Shown piece after piece: positions 6,192-10,810 of a stretch of DNA of 10,810 bases. Each line of letters starts with the position of its first letter. The first letter of the stretch is position 1. The stretch lies in the IMG/VR virus record IMGVR_UViG_2917886563_000002, one strand, 5' to 3'. The stretch comes from a virus (lineage: Duplodnaviria; Heunggongvirae; Uroviricota; Caudoviricetes). Made by a program: the position numbers and the translations under genes. Below the pieces are notes generated by a model, which made no database searches, had not been told where the DNA came from, and saw only the letters and a list, made by a program, of their open reading frames with translations.

Positions 6192-8024
6192 ATGTTAGAA
6201 ATTAACACTTCCAAGATTAAAAATACAGTAACATTTACTGTAGATAAAGACAGCTTGAAAAAAGCGAAAGACTCTATTACAGGCTTAAAGGAATTCGCAG
6301 AGAACATCAAGCCAGCTAAATTAAGATTTGATAGTGTCACTAAAGGCTATAAGAAAGCACAAAGCGAAGTAGACAAGATTGCTCAACAGAAAGCTAAAAC
6401 AGAAAAGCAAAATCAAAGAGCACAAGCTGCCGCAGCAAGAGCACAGGCAAGGCAACAGCAACAAATAGCAGCACGTAAGGAGAAGGCAAACTTAAAACTG
6501 TTAGACGTTGGATCAAGCATTAGTGCATTGCACCGCCTCTCTGTAGCGGAACAATACAAAGCTATTGCACAGGCTAGAGAGATAGCGAAACAATATGAGC
6601 AAGGGGCTATCTCGCTTGCACGTATGAATAGCCAGATGAAACGCTTACAACAGCAACAACGTAAGATTAATGGCAATAGAAAAACTCAATTAGCCCCCGT
6701 TAAGGGAGGAGGATCAGGGAATGCCGCCACTATGGGCGCTCTGTTATTTGGAGGCGCTACGGCTGCTGCTGGCGTGATGGCTGTTAGTAAAACCTCTGAA
6801 TTTATGGCTAACAGCTTTGCGAATGCTGAAACACAAGGCGAGCTAATTCAACGTGCAAGGCTTGGCGGTGTAGACGTTAACCAGATGTATAATATTACAG
6901 AATGGGCCTATAGAAACGGGATCGACTCTATGATGGGTGATCAAGGGGCTAGGAAATACCTGGATCAGATGAAAGATGTTAGGGAACGTGCCGCAAAATC
7001 CTATAGTGAAGCTGAATTAGTGAAAGATAAGAAAACAGGAAAATCTGAATGGAAAGGCGGTGATAACGCTATTAATGAACTTCTAAACATCGGTGTTATT
7101 AACAAAAGCGACCTTAAAAAATTTGCTGATAATCCAGCCGGATTAATTTCTAAGGCTGTTAATGGAATGATGAAAAAAGGGTTTTCAGACTCCCAAATTG
7201 GACAACGTTTAGAAGACCTGGGCGATGATTTGATGCTTACGTCAAAATATTGGCAACGTTCCGTTAAAGATGTACAAGAAAGCATTAACCAGCAAAAAGC
7301 CGCCGGACAATGGCTAACAGAAACACAGCAAGACTCTATTGTTAAATTCAGAGAACTAAACAGACAGCTTTCACAGCTTTCTGATGCAAGACAAGTAGCA
7401 TTCGTAGACGGCTTTATGAAATCTCTTGATCCAAAAGTAACGGAAGAGTTTATGAAAAACCTTTCTAATCTCACTCCGTATTTTACGAAGCTGGGAGAAG
7501 CTACAGGAAGTCTCTTTGAAGCCATTATGAAGATTGTAAACTGGTTTAATCGTAATGATGATAAGACAGATGCTATTCAGAAAAATATGGGTGATGCACC
7601 GCCACTATCTAACGATGGAATGAAACAGAATCTTTCTAACCTCGTTCCTGACCAATATAAAGGCGCTGGCACTGCAACAACTACACCTGATAATAGTCGT
7701 TCTCTCTTTAACACGATTAAGGGATTGCTTTTTGATGATAATTCTTCTGTGTCAGATGTAAAAATGTCAGTCAATGAAGCACCGATAACCAATCTCAAAC
7801 AGGGTGCTTTAAATAATCTTGCAATGACAACTCCGGCTTATAATTTATCTCCTGTGTTTAATCTGAATCCAACGTTTGAAGTGGTAACAGAGGTTCCGCT
7901 TACTATTAATTCTGACACGTCCAGATTAAGTGATTATGTGGATTTTACAGCGAGAGCAAGTCGGGATATCTTCTTGAAATCATTAACATTAACCAGCTTA
8001 TCAGGACAATCTAACGGCGGGTAA
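6192..8024 (+). CDS. Large hypothetical protein (610 aa): Gln/Ala-rich coiled-coil-like N-region, Gly/Ala hydrophobic segment, Asn/Ser/Thr-rich C-terminus; tape-measure-like or scaffold-like, unverified
   Basis: SD AAGGGGA upstream; segments ...KTEKQNQRAQAAAARAQARQQQQIAARKEKANLK... and ...GGGSGNAATMGALLFGGATAAAGVMAVS...; no signal peptide. Confidence 0.8.
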   Translation: MLEINTSKIKNTVTFTVDKDSLKKAKDSITGLKEFAENIKPAKLRFDSVTKGYKKAQSEVDKIAQQKAKTEKQNQRAQAAAARAQARQQQQIAARKEKANLKLLDVGSSISALHRLSVAEQYKAIAQAREIAKQYEQGAISLARMNSQMKRLQQQQRKINGNRKTQLAPVKGGGSGNAATMGALLFGGATAAAGVMAVSKTSEFMANSFANAETQGELIQRARLGGVDVNQMYNITEWAYRNGIDSMMGDQGARKYLDQMKDVRERAAKSYSEAELVKDKKTGKSEWKGGDNAINELLNIGVINKSDLKKFADNPAGLISKAVNGMMKKGFSDSQIGQRLEDLGDDLMLTSKYWQRSVKDVQESINQQKAAGQWLTETQQDSIVKFRELNRQLSQLSDARQVAFVDGFMKSLDPKVTEEFMKNLSNLTPYFTKLGEATGSLFEAIMKIVNWFNRNDDKTDAIQKNMGDAPPLSNDGMKQNLSNLVPDQYKGAGTATTTPDNSRSLFNTIKGLLFDDNSSVSDVKMSVNEAPITNLKQGALNNLAMTTPAYNLSPVFNLNPTFEVVTEVPLTINSDTSRLSDYVDFTARASRDIFLKSLTLTSLSGQSNGG

Positions 8025-8057
8025 TTCCCGCCATAACATTACAAGGAAATTATTATT

Positions 8058-8768
8058 ATGGCGACGGCGGGAATTTTAACCATACGTGCAGCAAATACTC
8101 CAGAACAACACGTTCAGGCTGTTTACAAAGCAGAACAAGATATAAACTCTACAAAAAACGAAAATAGCAAAGCTAATAAAACAAAAGGAGAAAATGGATT
8201 TGCTATTGTCACCAGTGGGCTGGCATCTTCTGTAAGTGACGTTTATGAAAATTATATGGCGTTATCCTTTGACAGTGTTGACGATGTGAACGTGAGACGT
8301 TCGGCAGATGTCACAAGCTATCCTGTAGAAAATGGAGCTAATGTATCGGATCACGTTCAAGTTAAGAATAATAAGTTTGCTCTTAAAGGGCGTATCTCTG
8401 AAACACCGATTAAAAGCGATCCTGGCTTGTTAAAGAGTGCAGGGGTGAACGGGAACAGAAGATCATTAGCTATCGACTACCTGAATCAGATTATGGACAG
8501 TAGACAGCCTTTTCTTCTTGTTACAGAAAATAAAACTTTTGAGAACGTTGTTTTAACAGGCATCGAATACACAGAAGAGGCAAGCGAATCTCTGGTATTT
8601 GATTTGGAATTTGAGCAAATCAGATTAGTTTCTTATGGCACTGTAAACACTGTAGCTATCAAAACACAGCCATCTAAGAACATCGGGGCTAATATGAAAA
8701 AACGTGTTAACACTGAAAAAACAAGTGAAGGTGAAGACACTATTACTCCTGCCTTTAAGCAGGAATAG
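8058..8768 (+). CDS. Hypothetical protein (236 aa); possible virion or tail-associated protein, unverified
   Basis: SD AAGGA 10 nt upstream; immediately follows the 610-aa gene; a stem-loop follows the stop. Confidence 0.75.
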   Translation: MATAGILTIRAANTPEQHVQAVYKAEQDINSTKNENSKANKTKGENGFAIVTSGLASSVSDVYENYMALSFDSVDDVNVRRSADVTSYPVENGANVSDHVQVKNNKFALKGRISETPIKSDPGLLKSAGVNGNRRSLAIDYLNQIMDSRQPFLLVTENKTFENVVLTGIEYTEEASESLVFDLEFEQIRLVSYGTVNTVAIKTQPSKNIGANMKKRVNTEKTSEGEDTITPAFKQE

Positions 8769-8809
8769 CCGTAAACGCCTCTAAAACGCTCTGTAACGAT
8801 GTAATTATA

Positions 8810-8842
8810 AAAGAGGCTACCAATCTATGTTGAAGCCTCTTT
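8810..8842. terminator. Stem-loop between convergent genes (bidirectional terminator candidate)
   Basis: AAAGAGGCT (8810-8818) and AGCCTCTTT (8834-8842), 15-nt loop; T/A-rich flanks on both strands; lies between the 8058-8768 gene and the minus-strand recombinase. Confidence 0.4.
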
Positions 8843-8849
8843 ATTGCGT

Positions 8850-9848
8850 CTATGGCGTTGTTTTACGCCTTAAATTTGATTTTTTATTGATTGATAAGCC
8901 TTTCTCTATTTCAGGGTAGCGTAGAAGCTCAATATATTTTTTAAGCTCTACTGGAGAAGCTGCATTCTTGCTATATGTGCGGAATGTCTCTGTATTGCCG
9001 CGTGTATGGCCCAGGAGAAGGGCGATCCTGTCTTCTGGAATTTGATTTCGATCAAGAAGCTGTGCTACTCCGTGTCTCAGAGAATGAAACACCTTCCTTT
9101 CTGTTCCCTTTTCCCCTAAAGCCTTTCGTTTAGCTCTTGTAAATCTCTGCGTGTGCCACGTGGAACGTTTACCATCAGCACGCTCTGTAATGCTGGCGTG
9201 ATAGAACAAAAAGCCATTGTGAGGCTTTTCACGAAGAGATAACACCAACGGAGTGATAAGGCTATGTACAGGCACAAGACGTGCCGCAGCTTTCGTTTTT
9301 CCCTGTGTGATTTCAAAACACAGCACACCTTCGATCTCTTTCACATCGTCTATTGTGAGACTTGCTATCTCATTGATCCGCATACCTGTATATAAACCGA
9401 TAAGACACAAAGCCGTCATTTCTTTGTTTTCTGCTGAATTACCGGAAAATACTTGCAACACCTGCAATAGCTCTTTGTTAGAAAATGCCTCATAGCTCTC
9501 TCTACTTTGTGCCACATCAAGCCTATGCCCTCGCCAGGGGGAGAGCGCCCTTTCTGGCGCATCGTGGTAACGTGATGAAGCTAACTCCCATAGCTGGGCC
9601 ATTGGGCTGATATAATTTGCAATTGATTGTTGTGAAAGGGTTTTTTGCATGCGTTCTATCCAGCCTGTAACAGTGGTGCGGCTCACATCTTGCAATGCAA
9701 TATCAGGCTTTTTACGGTAGGAGAGAAACATCTCTACCGCTTTTCTTGCCTTAGCTAAAGTGGCTGGCTTCTTCTTCGTGCTGTTAATTGTCAGGTAGAT
9801 TTCAAGAATTTTAAGCAATGACGGACACGAAGACGCTGTATCTTGCAT
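8850..9848 (-). CDS. Tyrosine site-specific recombinase (integrase), 332 aa
   Basis: Catalytic-domain signature in order: Arg in ...LYTGMRINEIASL..., H-x-x-R in ...FHSLRHGVAQLL..., ...LLGHTRG..., and Tyr in ...TFRTYSK...; N-terminal region ...LEIYLTINSTKKKPATLAKARKAVEMFLSY... resembles a core-binding domain. Confidence 0.9.
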   Translation of the reverse strand: MQDTASSCPSLLKILEIYLTINSTKKKPATLAKARKAVEMFLSYRKKPDIALQDVSRTTVTGWIERMQKTLSQQSIANYISPMAQLWELASSRYHDAPERALSPWRGHRLDVAQSRESYEAFSNKELLQVLQVFSGNSAENKEMTALCLIGLYTGMRINEIASLTIDDVKEIEGVLCFEITQGKTKAAARLVPVHSLITPLVLSLREKPHNGFLFYHASITERADGKRSTWHTQRFTRAKRKALGEKGTERKVFHSLRHGVAQLLDRNQIPEDRIALLLGHTRGNTETFRTYSKNAASPVELKKYIELLRYPEIEKGLSINKKSNLRRKTTP

Positions 9849-9925
9849 TCTGGTAGCTGTTTTGGCGTATTTAGCCTTACTTCGTAACAGTTCCAGCGTG
9901 TTCTCTATTGTGCTGTTTACAGGAG

Positions 9926-10810
9926 TGATCTTGACCCGCTATCTCCGGACCGCTTTTGTATCTTAAGTTAACGATGCCCGCTGCCGCCGGTATTCCCTCG
10001 GAGAGTAATATCCCAGCGCGCTGTGCGGGTGGTTTTCATTGTAATGCGTGAACGCTGCTGCAAGGTTTTGCAGGGCTGTTCTCACATCCGGTTTTGGCAT
10101 GAACGCGATATAGTCTTCTTTCATCGTCTTCACGAACCGTTCGGCCATGCCATTACTCTGCGGACTGCTCACCGCTGTTGTACAGGGTTCAAGATTCAGC
10201 TCTCTGGCGAACCTCCGCGTTTCATGCGCAGTATACGCTGAACCGTTATCCGTCAACCACTGCACTGGTGTGTCCGGCAACCTGTCGCCGAAGCGCTTTT
10301 CCACCGACCTCAGCATCACATCCTGTACGGTCGAACTGTCGTAGCCTCCCGTGCTCGCTGCCCAGTCTATGGCCTCTCTGTCGCAGCAGTCCAGCGCGAA
10401 CGTCACCCGCAGTTTTTCACCGTTGTCGCAGCCGAACTCGAAGCCGTCTGAACACCAGCGCATATTGCTTTCTGCCACCGCGATTTTTCCCTTGTGTTCA
10501 CGCTTCGGTCGCTCTGGTTTGTCATGCAACAACAACAGGTTATGCTCGCTCATTATCCTGTAAAGTCGTTTGGCGTTCACCGGTGGCTCTCCCTCAGTGC
10601 GACGTTGCTTGCGCAGGATGCCCCACACGCGTCGATAACCATAACTCGGCATATCGCTGATGATATCGAGGATATCCGTCAGTATTTCAGCGTCTGCTTC
10701 GTCATTACGCCGGTTACAGCGCCTGTCCTGCCAGTCGGCAGAACGGTTAACTCGCAGTGACAGCTGCGCACGCGACACGCCCATGGTGCGGCTGACCAGG
10801 GCTATTCCCC
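9926..10810 (-). mobile_element. IS3-family insertion sequence, IS2-like, partial (OrfA side runs off the right window edge)
   Basis: Minus-strand end reads ...GGCGGCAGCGGGCATCGTTAACTTAAGATACAAAAGCGGTCCGGAGATAGCGGGTCAAGATCA, the same pattern as the IS2 right end as recalled; G+C rises at 9926; encodes an IS2 OrfB-like transposase. Confidence 0.88.
9963..10784 (-). CDS. IS3-family (IS2 group) transposase OrfB, DDE catalytic domain
   Basis: ...[13 protein letters not shown]...RWCSDGFEF...[13 protein letters not shown]...[11 protein letters not shown]...[11 protein letters not shown]...[12 protein letters not shown]; D, D and E motif residues present; frame continues upstream past 10784 toward the window edge. 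Confidence 0.92.
   Translation of the reverse strand: MGVSRAQLSLRVNRSADWQDRRCNRRNDEADAEILTDILDIISDMPSYGYRRVWGILRKQRRTEGEPPVNAKRLYRIMSEHNLLLLHDKPERPKREHKGKIAVAESNMRWCSDGFEFGCDNGEKLRVTFALDCCDREAIDWAASTGGYDSSTVQDVMLRSVEKRFGDRLPDTPVQWLTDNGSAYTAHETRRFARELNLEPCTTAVSSPQSNGMAERFVKTMKEDYIAFMPKPDVRTALQNLAAAFTHYNENHPHSALGYYSPREYRRQRASLT

Noticed and set aside
4886-7798. Minus-strand ORFs 4886-5215, 5642-5872, 6413-6676, 7001-7525 and 7577-7798
   Set aside because: All lie inside the long SD-led plus-strand genes; Cys/Ser-rich or otherwise unprotein-like; antisense artefacts.
9116-9495. ORFs 9116-9328 (minus, different frame) and 9253-9495 (plus) within the integrase gene
   Set aside because: Overlap the catalytic domain of a confidently identified recombinase; no SD.
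544-9925. CRISPR array, tRNA or tmRNA attachment site, rRNA
   Set aside because: No regularly spaced direct repeats of CRISPR size and no recognisable tRNA-like sequence by eye; the GC-richer 600-790 segment was considered as a tRNA or tmRNA remnant but lacks a recognisable T-arm or CCA end. A tRNAscan or Infernal run would be needed to be certain.
10023-10760. Plus-strand ORFs 10023-10241, 10147-10344, 10178-10660, 10351-10563 and 10494-10760 inside the IS2-like element
   Set aside because: Antisense to the DDE transposase OrfB; Arg/Ser/Cys-rich composition typical of the reverse strand of GC-rich coding DNA.

Overview
This 10.8-kb window is an AT-rich, co-directionally transcribed cargo segment of about 9.4 kb (544-9925) sandwiched between two partial IS3-family insertion sequences, both on the minus strand. 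The left one (1-543) is IS911-like, with a complete OrfA, the A AAA AAG -1 frameshift heptamer and the start of OrfB. The right one (9926-10810) is IS2-like, with an OrfB/DDE transposase and its terminal repeat. The cargo holds about 1.1 kb of non-coding DNA with hairpins and periodic ATCTTA repeats, two promoter-plus-hairpin leader regions, and 11-12 plus-strand genes that almost all have clear Shine-Dalgarno sequences. A convergent tyrosine recombinase (8850-9848, minus) sits 78 bp from the IS2-like end. I could not assign most cargo proteins to a family by eye; recognisable folds are limited to one ribbon-helix-helix-like and two paralogous winged-HTH-like proteins. The layout fits a decayed integrative element (prophage, satellite or genomic-island remnant) remodelled by IS insertions, with a possible virion-like module (342-aa, 610-aa and 236-aa proteins), but that is inference only. 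No rRNA, tRNA or CRISPR array was recognised. All similarity statements come from reading the sequence and recalling family features, not from database searches.
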